Assembly (NCBI GenBank): GCA_964584075.1
Contig: CAZOYV010000001.1
Location: 25,701-89,700 of the forward strand
Direction of reading: 5' to 3'
From: an uncultured Rickettsiales bacterium
Lineage (GTDB): Bacteria > Myxococcota_A > UBA796 > UBA9615 > CAYRNR01
Length of the DNA: 64,000 nucleotides
The notes under the pieces were generated by a model. It was not told where the DNA came from and ran no database searches. It saw only the letters and a list, made by a program, of their open reading frames with translations. Positions 7,021 to 17,274 of the stretch are shown piece after piece. A program made the translations under genes and the position numbers. Each line of letters starts with the position of its first letter. The first letter of the stretch is position 1.

Positions 7021-10000
7021 GTGCACAGTACGATCCTGCGCCAGATCCAGCTCCGCATGGCTGCCGAGGGCCTGATCGACGCCCCGTTCCTGCCCGACGA
7101 CGAGCTGTGGACGCTGACCGTGGACCTGATCGAGGCCTACCAGGCCCGGGGCCTCAAGCTCGAGGACCAGCTCGATCCGGCCGACCGCCGGATCCAGGAC
7201 TTCCTCGACGGCGAGTGCCGCCGCCTCGGCGTGGCCGATCCGCCCCGTCTGCCGCGCCGCACCCTGCGGCTGGACCGCGCCGGGATGGCGCGCGAGCTGG
7301 CGCTGCCGCTGCAGGGCAGCGAGTTCCACAACCCGGTGATCGACAGCTACCGCCTGAGCAACGGCGTGCTGCACAACCCCCGCTCGGACCGCCGCACGAC
7401 CCGCGGCGCGTTCCACGTCGCCGCGGGCGGGCTGCCGGTCCCGGGGGACAAGATCGAGGTGCCGTTCGAGGCCTTCGTGCGGATGCTGCGCGTGGCCCTG
7501 CAGCCCCCCGACGAGCTCGCCACGCTGCCCCTCACCGCCGAGTGGGAGCACCCCCTGCGGTGCTTCGTGTCGCTGCTGCTGCGCCCGGTGGTGTGCCCCG
7601 CGATCCCGGGGCGCGAGCCGGTCAAGACGATGGAGACCCGGTTCCACGCGCCGGGGGGCCTGGTGGCCAACCTGGACTTCGTCGAGTCGATCTTCGGCAA
7701 CGGCGGCCTGCCCCGGATCCCCGAGAACGACGCGGCGCTGGACACCGACCACTGGACCGGCCACAGCGGGTGCGTGGTGCTGGCCCCGCAGCTGACCGGG
7801 CTGCCCAAGAGGGCGCTGGGCCTGCCCCGCTGGGACGACGCCAGCGAGCGCCAGCGGCGCGACGGCGTGGCGTGGCGCGACGCCGACGAGCCGTACAACG
7901 ACGGCTACCCGTTCAAGGTCACCCACCGCAGCGCCTCGGGCCAGGTGATCACGCTGATCTCGGACAACTACTTCGGGTACTGCAAGAAGGAGGTCAAGAC
8001 CCAGATCGGCTTCGCCGCCAACCTCTACGGCCTGGCCGAGGAGGAGCACGCCGGCGGCGCCCTGGCGTTCCCCAGCTACCACCTGGGCAACGTCGTCGAT
8101 CTGACCCACCGCCGCGAGCTGGAGGGCTACCGCTTCGAGGACGTGCCAGCGCTGCTCGGCGACGCGTTCGTGCCCCAGCCCGAGGGCCACGGCCGCGACC
8201 GGCACCACCCGGAGATCGTCTACGTCCCGGAGCGGACCCGGTTCTCGGTGCGCGATCAGCGGCTGACCTACACCCTCGACGGCGCGGAGACCTCGCTGCG
8301 GCTGCGGCCCGGGGAGATCTACGTGCACCCCGCGGGCTACAAGGTGCAGCTGGGGCGCGACGGCGGCGGCCGCCACTGGTACCTGGTGGGGACCCAGGCC
8401 GAGGGCACGTTCTGCCACAAGCCGTGCACCGTCTCGGGAGGCGGCAAGAGCGAGATCAGCAAGGCCCTCGACGACGCGGTGCTGTACGGCCCGCTGTTCG
8501 TCGACGACCTGCAGCGCGACCTGGACGTGGTCCAGGGGATCCTGGACCGCGACTACGCCGATCGCTACCGCCCGGCGCTGCGCCCCGACTACACCGGGCG
8601 CTCCAGCCGCCGCGTGCTCAGCGAGCGGCGGTCGCTGGGCTCCGTGATCAAGATGTTCACGCCGTCGGACTCGTTCACCGACGAGTACAACGCCTGGCTG
8701 GCCTCGATCCCCGAGCGGATCTGGCCGGTGGTGTTCTCGCTCAAGCGGTTCTACAAGCCCGAGTGGGGCGACGACTGGCGCCGCAGGTTCAGCGTCGACC
8801 AGATCAACGGCATGGCCGGCCACCAGCTGAAGTACCGCAACCGCAACGTGGTCGGGACCTACGTGCGGCTGGGCTACGACGACGCCGGCAACTGGCGGAT
8901 CTACAAGCTGCGCCAGGACTTCCGGCCCGCGGCGAAGGTCCAGACCGAGGACGACATCTCGACCTCGGTGGTGGTCCCCCGGGGATGGCTCGAGCACCTC
9001 GGCCCGGCCCACCAGGAGCCGTCCCAGAAGCTGGTCGTCAACGTCGAGGGGCGGCTGTTCCAGCGCCCCGACGAGGCGATCCACCGCGGCAACGACCGCC
9101 AGACCGAGCAGGACATGGCGGGCGACGATCTGTTCAGCTCCAACTTCGAGCCGCTGACCGCGGATCAGGCCCGCGAGGAGACCGAGGACCTGCTGCTGTT
9201 CGATCAGTACACCGAGCCGATGCGCCGCCACCTGCTGGCCGGGGTGCACCAGAAGGACCGCTTCATCGTCTCCAGCGCCCGCCCGCGGCTGGTGGACGGC
9301 GCGCCGTCGAAGAACCCGCGCTACCTGCAGCTGCGGCCCGATCGCCAGCGCCCGATCGAGCCGTACCTGGCCACGCTCGGCGCCCGGCTGCGGCGCCGCG
9401 TGCCCGCCGGCGAGCCGGTGCCGTTCCCGGTCGACGCGGTGCTCACCGGGCGCCGCAACAACCCGCCCGACCCCGACGTCGGAATCCGTCCGCTGTGCGT
9501 CTACGGGCCGATCCACTACCAGGAGCTGCCCGAGCTGTTCATGGACTTCGTTGCCAGCCTGACCGGCAAGAGCCCGTCCACCACCGGCGCCGGCAGCGAG
9601 GGGGCGCTGACCAAGGGCCCGTTCAACATGCTGCGCGCCACCGCGGACCTCAACGCCGCGCTGGTGGGCTACCTGCTGACCGGCCACGGCGGGTTCTCCA
9701 GCGCCGCGGGGTTCATCGGCCCCCGGCAGCGGATCGACCACGACATCAGCCTGCTGATCCCGGAGATCTGGTCGCGGCTGGCGCCGGAGCACCGCCAGCC
9801 CGCGTTCCTGATCGAGCACGGCTACCTCGAGCGCGTCGAGGACCGCACGGTCGGCGGCCGCGTGGTGCGGGCCAGCCGCCTGGGCTGGCGCATCACCGAG
9901 GCGTTCGTGCGCGACGCGCTGGTGCGGATCTTCGATCACCCCCACAGCGTGTTCCCCCCGACGATGCTGCGTCCCGAGGAGCAGGACCTCGCCGTGTTCG

Positions 10001-10443
10001 CCGACGGCGTCGACAACATCGTCGAGGCCCAGCAGCGGGTGGCGCAGCAGTACCTCGACGACGGCGCCGTGGAGGAGGCCTGCCCGCCGCTGCGGGCGCT
10101 GCTGCACATCATGGCCGAGGGCCGCTACGGCGAGTGGGACGAGCACCACCCCGCGTTCCGCGCGCTGTTCACCCGCGAGGCGCTGCTGGCCAGCGACTGG
10201 TACCGCGAGCGGCTCCAGACGCGCCAGCGCCGCGACCGGGCCCTGTGGGAGCGCCACGTCGGCTCGCTGGAGGGCTGGCTGGCCCGGCACCCCGCCGGCG
10301 GCGACCGGCCGCGGCTGGACTTCGCCGGCCGCCTGGAGCGGGCCCGGGCCCAGCTGCGGCGGGTCTCCGCGCCGGAGTACGTCGACGAGCTGGTCGGCAC
10401 GATCGGGGCCGACCCCCTGCAGCCGATCCCCGAGGAGCGCTGA
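7021..10443 (+). CDS. Large (~1140 aa) soluble protein of unknown function
   Basis: Track ORF 6895..10443. The likely start is GTG at 7021, preceded by GGAGG at 7011-7015. The composition is diverse (K, Y, F, N, W present), unlike the Arg/Ala-rich antisense ORF 6832..10290. I could not assign any named domain from the sequence. Confidence 0.55.
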   Translation: MHSTILRQIQLRMAAEGLIDAPFLPDDELWTLTVDLIEAYQARGLKLEDQLDPADRRIQDFLDGECRRLGVADPPRLPRRTLRLDRAGMARELALPLQGSEFHNPVIDSYRLSNGVLHNPRSDRRTTRGAFHVAAGGLPVPGDKIEVPFEAFVRMLRVALQPPDELATLPLTAEWEHPLRCFVSLLLRPVVCPAIPGREPVKTMETRFHAPGGLVANLDFVESIFGNGGLPRIPENDAALDTDHWTGHSGCVVLAPQLTGLPKRALGLPRWDDASERQRRDGVAWRDADEPYNDGYPFKVTHRSASGQVITLISDNYFGYCKKEVKTQIGFAANLYGLAEEEHAGGALAFPSYHLGNVVDLTHRRELEGYRFEDVPALLGDAFVPQPEGHGRDRHHPEIVYVPERTRFSVRDQRLTYTLDGAETSLRLRPGEIYVHPAGYKVQLGRDGGGRHWYLVGTQAEGTFCHKPCTVSGGGKSEISKALDDAVLYGPLFVDDLQRDLDVVQGILDRDYADRYRPALRPDYTGRSSRRVLSERRSLGSVIKMFTPSDSFTDEYNAWLASIPERIWPVVFSLKRFYKPEWGDDWRRRFSVDQINGMAGHQLKYRNRNVVGTYVRLGYDDAGNWRIYKLRQDFRPAAKVQTEDDISTSVVVPRGWLEHLGPAHQEPSQKLVVNVEGRLFQRPDEAIHRGNDRQTEQDMAGDDLFSSNFEPLTADQAREETEDLLLFDQYTEPMRRHLLAGVHQKDRFIVSSARPRLVDGAPSKNPRYLQLRPDRQRPIEPYLATLGARLRRRVPAGEPVPFPVDAVLTGRRNNPPDPDVGIRPLCVYGPIHYQELPELFMDFVASLTGKSPSTTGAGSEGALTKGPFNMLRATADLNAALVGYLLTGHGGFSSAAGFIGPRQRIDHDISLLIPEIWSRLAPEHRQPAFLIEHGYLERVEDRTVGGRVVRASRLGWRITEAFVRDALVRIFDHPHSVFPPTMLRPEEQDLAVFADGVDNIVEAQQRVAQQYLDDGAVEEACPPLRALLHIMAEGRYGEWDEHHPAFRALFTREALLASDWYRERLQTRQRRDRALWERHVGSLEGWLARHPAGGDRPRLDFAGRLERARAQLRRVSAPEYVDELVGTIGADPLQPIPEER

Positions 10444-10794
10444 CCGCGGAATCGCTCGACCCGTGGCCGGCGGAGCTCGACTGGTCCCGGGGGTCCTCGA
10501 CGCCGACCCCGACGCCGCCGTGGCGGTCTCGACCCACCGCTACCTGTTCGACCTCCGGATGGCCGCGGAGCTGCCCGAGCCGCTCCCGCTGCTCGAGGCC
10601 CGGCGGTTCGACTACCTGGTGGTCTCGATGATCCAGGGGGCTGTACTCCGAGGACGGGACGACCACCGGGGAGGGCCGCGCCGAGTTCTGCGCGCTGCTG
10701 TACGACGGCGGCCAGCGGGACAGCGACTCCCGGATCGACGTGGACTTCGCGTCCTACCGCAACGGACCGCCCGCCCTGCGCTATCCTGGCCTCG

Positions 10795-11682
10795 ATGGCC
10801 CCCGCGGACGACGCCAGCGCCGGCACCTGGTTCTTCGCCACGGATCTGCATGGCGAGCTCGATCGCTACCGGTCGCTGCTCCGCGCCGTGCGCGCCGAGC
10901 GCCCCGCGGCGGTGCTGCTCGGCGGCGATCTGCTGCCGTCGTTCGCCGGCCAGCTGGCGTCCCTGGACCCGGCGCACCGCGACTTCGTCGGGGGGTACCT
11001 GATCCCCGAGTTCCTTGCGCTCCGCGACGATCTGGGCACCGACGCACCCGCCGTGCTGCTGATCCTGGGCAACGACGACGCCCGCATCGAGGAGGCGGCG
11101 TTCCTCCACGGCGCGGCGCAGGGGGCCTGGCGCTACGTCCACGACCGCCGCGTCGAGGTCGGCGGCGTGCCGGTCTACGGCTACGCGATGATCCCGCCGA
11201 CCCCGTTCCAGCTCAAGGACTGGGAGCGCTACGACGTGTCGCGGTTCGTCGACCCCGGCTGCATCCCGCCCACCGGCGGGCGGCGCACGGTCCCGGTCTC
11301 GGCGCGCGACCAGGAGTGGCGCACGATCCAGGAGGACCTGGTCCGCCTGGCCGGCGACGACGACCTGACGGACGCGGTGTTCCTGTTCCACTCGCCGCCG
11401 TACCGGACGGCGCTGGACCGCGCCGCGCTGGACGGCCAGGCCGTGGACCACGCGCCGCTGGACGTCCACGTCGGCAGCATCGCGATCCAGCGGTTCCTGA
11501 GGCGCCGCCAGCCGCGGGTCTCGCTGCACGGGCACGTGCACGAGGCGGCGCGGCTGACGGGTCGCTGGCAGGACCGCATCGGCGAGACCGTGTGCCTCGG
11601 TGCGGCCCACGACGGGCCCGAGCTGGCGCTGGTGCGGTTCGATCCGGCCGATCCGGGGTCGGCCACCCGCGAGCTGTGCTAG
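10795..11682 (+). CDS. Calcineurin-like metallophosphoesterase
   Basis: Motifs in order: ATDLHGELD, LGGDLL, ILGNDDA, FHSPPY and LHGHVHEAARL, which is the phosphoesterase signature order. Confidence 0.7.
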   Translation: MAPADDASAGTWFFATDLHGELDRYRSLLRAVRAERPAAVLLGGDLLPSFAGQLASLDPAHRDFVGGYLIPEFLALRDDLGTDAPAVLLILGNDDARIEEAAFLHGAAQGAWRYVHDRRVEVGGVPVYGYAMIPPTPFQLKDWERYDVSRFVDPGCIPPTGGRRTVPVSARDQEWRTIQEDLVRLAGDDDLTDAVFLFHSPPYRTALDRAALDGQAVDHAPLDVHVGSIAIQRFLRRRQPRVSLHGHVHEAARLTGRWQDRIGETVCLGAAHDGPELALVRFDPADPGSATRELC

Positions 11683-11722
11683 GTTCGGGATTCACCCCGA
11701 GGACGGGGCGGTGGGAGCCACG

Positions 11723-14086
11723 ATGTCGTCGACCGACTATCCCCACAACGGCCCGGAGGAGACGGAGGCCAACCTGGCCCACCTCCGGGACCTGCTGGCC
11801 CTCCACGGCGAGATCGAGGAGCGCCTCCGCCAGGCGATGCTGATCGAGCTGCACAGCCGCGGGCTCGTCAGCATCGACGACCTGTACCAGGAGGCCCGCA
11901 CCCGCGCCCGCCACGTCGTCGCCGAGGAGTCCCTGCCGGTGGACGACAACGTCCAGGTCGCCCGCCGCTGGGACGAGGACGAGAAGCGCCACATCCAGGA
12001 CCTGACGCTGGAGCACCTGGCGGAGGCCCTGACGCGGGACGAGATCGACGACCTGGTCAACCTCACCCGCAAGCGCGAGCGGGCCCACTCGCTGGAGGAG
12101 ATCGCCCGCCTGGGCACGGTCTCGTTCGGGGTCCTGGCGCGCAAGGTGCGGGCGTTCTGCCGGCTGCCGATGGGGCACACCACGCTGCCCGAGGAGGACT
12201 CGGTGTCCGTCCGGCTGGCGCTGATCCGCCAGCTGATCTCGGAGCAGCTCGAGTTCCAGTCGGTGGCCAAGCGCTACCTGTGGATCCGCGACTTCGACGA
12301 CCTGGTCGACCGGATCGTGGGGGACGACCAGGGCTCGGGCCGGATCGGCGGCAAGGCGGCCGGGCTCGTCCTCGGGGCCAAGATCCTGTCCCAGGCCCGG
12401 CGCGAGGACCCGCGCGCGCCGAAGCTGCCGCTGGCCACCCCCGAGTCGTTCTACCTGCGCTCGGACGCGATGGAGCAGTTCATCGGCCACAACGGGCTGA
12501 ACCAGCTGCAGGACCACAAGTACCGGGACCTCGACGAGATCCGCAACGACTACCCGGTGCTGCTCGAGATCATGAAGAACGCGTCGTTCCCGCCGGTGGT
12601 GGTCGAGCGGCTCGGGCAGGTCCTCGACCGGGTCGGGACCCACCCGCTGATCGTGCGCAGCTCGTCGCTGCTCGAGGACCGCTTCGGCACCACCTTCGCC
12701 GGCAAGTACCGCTCGGTGTTCGTCGGCAACCAGGGCAGCCGCGAGGAGCGGCTGACCGAGCTGCTCGGCGCCATCGCCGAGGTCTACGCCAGCTCCCTGC
12801 ACCCCGACCCGATCCGCTACCGCAAGCGCCACGGCCTGCTGGACTTCGACGAGAACATGGCCGTGCTGATCCAGAAGATCGTCGGGCGCCGGGTGGGGCG
12901 GTTCTTCCTGCCGGTGTGGGCCGGCGTGGCGTTCTCGCGCAACCCGTACCGCCGCAACCCGCGGATCCGCCCCGAGGACGGCATGGCACGGGTGGTCTTC
13001 GGGCTCGGCACCCGCGCCGTCGACCGCGTCGGCTCGGACACCCCGCGGGTGATCCCGCTGGGGCTGCCGGCGCTGCGCCCCGAGGTCAAGGCCGCGGACA
13101 TCGTCGCCGCCGCCCAGTCCCAGGTGGACGTGCTCGATCTCGAGCGCAACCGCTTCGTCAAGCGGCCGGCGGGCGACGTGCTCGACGCCGCCGCCGGGAT
13201 GCCGGGGCTGGGGATGGTCTGCTCCACCGTGCAGCACGGCGTGATGCGGCCGCTGGTGGGGGACGGCCTGATGGCCGATCCGGCAGAGATGGTGGTCACG
13301 TTCGACCGCTTCGCCCAGTCCAGCCCCTACCCGGCGATGCTGCGCTGGTGCGTCCAGACCCTCGAGCGGGCCTACGGCTGTCCGGTGGACATCGAGTTCG
13401 CGTTCGACGGGGACCGGCTGCACCTGCTGCAGTGCCGGCCCCAGGCGGTCCGCGCCGCGTCGGAGCGGGTCCAGCTGCCCGAGGACGTCGCCGCCGGGGA
13501 CCAGGTGTTCTCGGCCAGCCGCGACGTGATCAACGGCTCGGTGCCGGATCTGGAGTACGTGGTGCTGATCGACCCGCGGGACTACAACGCGCTGCCGGAC
13601 GACCAGAGCCGCATCTGCGTGGCGCAGGTGGTGCGCCGGCTCAACCGCGCGCTGGAGGGCCGGCGCTTCGCGCTGCTCGGGCCCGGCCGGTGGGGCAGCC
13701 GCGACCTGCGGCTGGGCGTGCGCGTCACCTACTCCGACGTGGACAACACGCGGCTGCTGGTCGAGATCGCCCGCAGCCAGAGCGGCTACACCCCGGAGGT
13801 CTCGTTCGGCAGCCACTTCTTCCAGGACCTGGTGGAGTCCGACATCCACTACCTCGCGCTGTACCCCGACGAGCCCGGCGCGGTGTTCGACGAGGGGCTG
13901 CTCCACGGGGCGCCCAACCGGCTGGCGGAGCTGCTGCCCGGCGACGCCCCGTTCGCCGACGTCGTGCGCGTGATCCACGTGCCGTCGGAGACCGGGGGCC
14001 GGGTGCTGCGCGTCGACCTCGACGAGGGCCGCCAGCGGGCGCTGGGGTACCTGACCGTGCGCCAGGAAGAACCCGCTCCGGCCTAG
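11723..14086 (+). CDS. PEP-synthase/pyruvate-phosphate-dikinase N-terminal (PPDK_N, ATP-grasp-like) domain protein with an unknown N-terminal region and a conserved C-terminal domain shared with two paralogues
   Basis: ATG at 11723 (MSSTDYP). The track ORF upstream extension overlaps the phosphoesterase gene. Motifs GGKAAGL...LIVRSSSLLEDRFGTTFAGKYRSVFV...DIEFAFDGDRLHLLQCRP. The C-terminal GPGRWGSRD...SFGSHFFQDL module is shared with 14083..17274 and 17267..19021. Confidence 0.7.
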   Translation: MSSTDYPHNGPEETEANLAHLRDLLALHGEIEERLRQAMLIELHSRGLVSIDDLYQEARTRARHVVAEESLPVDDNVQVARRWDEDEKRHIQDLTLEHLAEALTRDEIDDLVNLTRKRERAHSLEEIARLGTVSFGVLARKVRAFCRLPMGHTTLPEEDSVSVRLALIRQLISEQLEFQSVAKRYLWIRDFDDLVDRIVGDDQGSGRIGGKAAGLVLGAKILSQARREDPRAPKLPLATPESFYLRSDAMEQFIGHNGLNQLQDHKYRDLDEIRNDYPVLLEIMKNASFPPVVVERLGQVLDRVGTHPLIVRSSSLLEDRFGTTFAGKYRSVFVGNQGSREERLTELLGAIAEVYASSLHPDPIRYRKRHGLLDFDENMAVLIQKIVGRRVGRFFLPVWAGVAFSRNPYRRNPRIRPEDGMARVVFGLGTRAVDRVGSDTPRVIPLGLPALRPEVKAADIVAAAQSQVDVLDLERNRFVKRPAGDVLDAAAGMPGLGMVCSTVQHGVMRPLVGDGLMADPAEMVVTFDRFAQSSPYPAMLRWCVQTLERAYGCPVDIEFAFDGDRLHLLQCRPQAVRAASERVQLPEDVAAGDQVFSASRDVINGSVPDLEYVVLIDPRDYNALPDDQSRICVAQVVRRLNRALEGRRFALLGPGRWGSRDLRLGVRVTYSDVDNTRLLVEIARSQSGYTPEVSFGSHFFQDLVESDIHYLALYPDEPGAVFDEGLLHGAPNRLAELLPGDAPFADVVRVIHVPSETGGRVLRVDLDEGRQRALGYLTVRQEEPAPA

Positions 14087-17000
14087 GAGCGGAGCGCGCC
14101 GCCCATCGGCAGCGGGCGGGCGGCGTCGGTGATCGCCCCGATCTTCACCGCCCAGCTGGTCCGCGCCGCGATGTCCTCGTCGGTCACGTAGTGCACGTCG
14201 AGCAGCTGGTCGCTGCGGTACCCCGAGCGCAGGTAGTTCATCTCGGCCAGCGAGCGGCTCCAGCCCTCGAGCCACAGCGCCAGGTGCTCGCGCTGCTCGT
14301 CGCTGGCGCGCACGTGGATCAGCAGGTCGATGTCGCTGCCGGGCCCGGCGGTGGCGTTCTTGGTGCTGCCGAAGACGTAGAACCCGACGACGCCGAAGCG
14401 CTCGGGATCGAGGCTCGCCGCGATCTGCTCCGCCATCTGCAGGCGCCAGCGCCAGAACTCCGCCGGATCCCGGTGGTGGTTGGCGCGCTCGGTCTCGCGA
14501 GGCGGCTCGCTGGCGACCCCGTCGGGCTCGATCAGCAGCCCCATCGCCTCGTCGAGATCGGCGTTCATCAGCACCCGCAGGACCTTGCCCTCGGTGCAGG
14601 CCGGTACGTCGAGGACGTGGACCACGTCGGCGAGCGCCGCGTACTCCGGGAGCATCTCCGCGAGCAGGTTCGGCGAGCGGGTCAGGAACCGCTCCCGGAA
14701 CCGGTTCTCGGGCTCGTCGGGGTACAGCGGCAGGTAGCGGATCCGGGCCTCGACGAGGTCCTGGAAGAAGTGGGTGCCGAACGACAGGTCCGGCACGTAG
14801 CTGCCCTTCTGCCGGGCGATCTCGATCAGCAGCGCGGTGTTGTTGATGTCCGAGTAGGTCACCGACACGCCGAGCTTGATGTCGCCGCGGCTGCCCCACC
14901 GGCCCGGCCCGAGCAGCGCGAAGCGGCGCTTGGGCAGCAGCTTGTTGAGCTTGCCCACCGCGCGGCCGACCTCCTGCATCTCGTGGCGCGAGCCCAGCGC
15001 CCCGTAGGCCACGGGGTCGACGTAGACCAGGTGCGTCAGATCGGGCATCCACCCGTTGGAGACGTAGCGGTTCGCGGTGAACAGCACGTTCTTGTCGTCC
15101 ACCTCGCGTGGGATCGGCGCGGGCTTGCCGCCGTCGGCGTCGCTCTGGGTCCGGCACTGCAGCAGGTACAGGTCCTCGCCGTCGTGGGCGAACTCGATGT
15201 CCACCGGCTTGCCCATCGTCTCCTGCAGGCGCTGGAGGATCTGCCCCATCTGACCGACGAACGGCGTGTCGCGGGTCAGGCCCTCGAAGGTCGCCACCAG
15301 GTCGTCCTCCTCGGGGTCGGTGAGCAGCGGCACCGGCTTGCGCAGCAGGTCGCCGTCGATCACCGAGTAGACGTCGGTCAGGCGCGGCACCTGCGAGCCG
15401 GCCTCGCGCAGCAGCTGCGTCAGCTCGATGGTGCGGAACCGCTGCTCCTCGAGGTCGATCACGTCGACCTTGCGCGGGCTGTAGCGCACGATCTCGTCGA
15501 CGCTGGTGTTGGCCCGCAGCGTGGGCTGACCGGGGACGACCAGCACCGGGTAGTCGTCGGCGACACGGTCGACGGCGCGGCTGCCCAGGCCCGGGACGAG
15601 GCGCAACAGCCCGTCCTCGCGCCGGATCCGCGGGGACCAGCGGAACTCGTTGTGGCTGAACGCCACCCCGGCGAAGGCCGGCAGGAAGTAGCGGCCGACC
15701 TGTTGCCCGACCACCTCCTGGATCAGCACGCCCATCTCCTCGTTGAAGTCGATCAGCCCGTGCTCGCGGCGGTACTCGATCGGGTCCGGGCCGAACACCG
15801 AGGCGTAGACCTCGGCGATGGCGTCGAGCAGCGCGGCGAGCCGCTGCTGGCGGCTGCCCAGGTTGGCCAGGAACAGGCTCTTGTACTTGCCCGAGAACGC
15901 CGTGCCGACCCGGTCCTCGAGCAGGCTGCTGCTGCGCACGATCACCGGGCGGCCCTCGAACTCCGCCAGCGCCACGGTCATGCCCTTGATCAGCTCCGGC
16001 GGGAACCGCGAGCGCTTGAACAGCTGGATGATGTTGGGGTAGTCGTGCCGGATCTCGTCGATGCTCTTGTACTTCTGCTCGTGGACGTCCTCGAGGTCGT
16101 TGTAGGCGATGAACTGCCGCAGCCCCGACGAGGCGACGAACCACGTCAGCGGGACGCGCACCCGCGTCTCCTGGGACAGCTCCGGGTCCTTGCGCAGGAT
16201 GCGGTGGGCGAGCACCAGCCCCGAGGCCTTGCCGCCCAGCTTGCCGTGGCTCTCCGCGGGCATCACGACCCGGTCGAGGATCCGCTCGAAGGCGTTGGTC
16301 CCGATGTACTCCTTGGCCACGTTGATGAAGTCGAGCTGCTCGGTCAGCAGCTTGCGGATCAGCGCCACCCGCAGCCCGGCGGTGGTGTAGCGCGGCAGCT
16401 CGCCGACGTCGGCGACGACGTGGTGGTAGCGCCGCAGCGCGTCGGCGATCTCGGGCAGCGAGCTGCGCTCGGCGTGGAGCACCTTGGTGAAGTAGTTGGC
16501 GCGGTCCTCGACCATCCACCGCTGGATCCGGGTCAGGATCTCGTCGTCGGTCAGGCACCGCGTGGCCAGCTCGAACGGCTCGTCGGTGAGCAGCCAGGCC
16601 TCGTCGGCCTCGCGCGTCTGGCCGGGGGCGTTGACCTCGCCGACCCCGTCCTCGCCGTCCAGCGAGCCCTGGGTGCCCCGATCGAGCCACGCCCCGGCGT
16701 CCTCGCAGCCCGTCCAGAACAGGTGGTTGAGCAGCTTGCGCGCGATGCGCAGGTACAGGTCGCGGTCGGACTTGCGCAGCAGGTGGACGGCGGCCATCCA
16801 CTCGCCGGAGCGGTGCGTCTCCAGCTCGACGCTGACCTGGTCCAGGTCCTGCCGCATCTCCTTGAGCTCCTGGTAGAACATGAAGTGCGACAGCCGCTGG
16901 GCGATGGTCTTGATCAGCCGGATCTCCTCCTTGAGGAACGGGCCCTGATCCTCCCGCGGGCGGGGCTCGGTGTAGTACACCCGCACATGGCCCACCGGCT

Positions 17001-17274
17001 CGGTCTGGATCACCAGGTCGGCCTGCAGCCGCCACGGCGTGTGGGTGAACTCCCCGGAGCGATAGGTCTGCCCCTCGTAGCGGATCTCGGCCTGGCAGAC
17101 GTCGGGGTACTGCCAGCCCGGGGGGATCACCTTGACCGCCGCGGCGAGCAGGTCGTGGACCTTCATCTCGGGGCGGTTGATCAGCTCCTCGACCTCGTAC
17201 AGGCAGTTGAGCTCCTTGGCTCGCTCCTGCAGGGCGACGAGCAGCTTGTCCGCGGGCCGGCCGGTGTCAGTCAT
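14083..17274 (-). CDS. Multidomain paralogue with an N-terminal GAF-like domain, a PPDK_N ATP-grasp domain, the shared C-terminal module and a C-terminal minimal nucleotidyltransferase domain
   Basis: 1063 aa. GAF-like N-terminus (LNCLYEVEELINRPEM). GGKASGL...VIVRSSSLLEDRVGTAFSGKYKSLFL...DIEFAHDGEDLYLLQCRTQ. GPGRWGSRGDIKLGV...SFGTHFFQDL. C-terminal GFYVFGSTKNATAGPGSDIDLLIHV (an NTase-fold GS...DxD). It is convergent with 11723..14086, sharing a palindromic CCTAGG stop. Confidence 0.7.
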   Translation of the reverse strand: MTDTGRPADKLLVALQERAKELNCLYEVEELINRPEMKVHDLLAAAVKVIPPGWQYPDVCQAEIRYEGQTYRSGEFTHTPWRLQADLVIQTEPVGHVRVYYTEPRPREDQGPFLKEEIRLIKTIAQRLSHFMFYQELKEMRQDLDQVSVELETHRSGEWMAAVHLLRKSDRDLYLRIARKLLNHLFWTGCEDAGAWLDRGTQGSLDGEDGVGEVNAPGQTREADEAWLLTDEPFELATRCLTDDEILTRIQRWMVEDRANYFTKVLHAERSSLPEIADALRRYHHVVADVGELPRYTTAGLRVALIRKLLTEQLDFINVAKEYIGTNAFERILDRVVMPAESHGKLGGKASGLVLAHRILRKDPELSQETRVRVPLTWFVASSGLRQFIAYNDLEDVHEQKYKSIDEIRHDYPNIIQLFKRSRFPPELIKGMTVALAEFEGRPVIVRSSSLLEDRVGTAFSGKYKSLFLANLGSRQQRLAALLDAIAEVYASVFGPDPIEYRREHGLIDFNEEMGVLIQEVVGQQVGRYFLPAFAGVAFSHNEFRWSPRIRREDGLLRLVPGLGSRAVDRVADDYPVLVVPGQPTLRANTSVDEIVRYSPRKVDVIDLEEQRFRTIELTQLLREAGSQVPRLTDVYSVIDGDLLRKPVPLLTDPEEDDLVATFEGLTRDTPFVGQMGQILQRLQETMGKPVDIEFAHDGEDLYLLQCRTQSDADGGKPAPIPREVDDKNVLFTANRYVSNGWMPDLTHLVYVDPVAYGALGSRHEMQEVGRAVGKLNKLLPKRRFALLGPGRWGSRGDIKLGVSVTYSDINNTALLIEIARQKGSYVPDLSFGTHFFQDLVEARIRYLPLYPDEPENRFRERFLTRSPNLLAEMLPEYAALADVVHVLDVPACTEGKVLRVLMNADLDEAMGLLIEPDGVASEPPRETERANHHRDPAEFWRWRLQMAEQIAASLDPERFGVVGFYVFGSTKNATAGPGSDIDLLIHVRASDEQREHLALWLEGWSRSLAEMNYLRSGYRSDQLLDVHYVTDEDIAARTSWAVKIGAITDAARPLPMGGALRS

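Noticed and set aside
6832-10290. 1152-aa minus-strand ORF antisense to the large + strand gene
   Set aside because: Its composition is dominated by Ala/Arg/Gly/Leu/Val/Pro/Gln, typical of out-of-frame or antisense reading in >70% GC DNA. The + strand product has diverse composition, an RBS and a start.
14082-14087. Palindromic CCTAGG shared by the stop codons of two convergent PPDK_N genes
   Set aside because: A TAG stop read on both strands of a 6-bp palindrome. It is a curiosity of convergent overlap with no indication of function.
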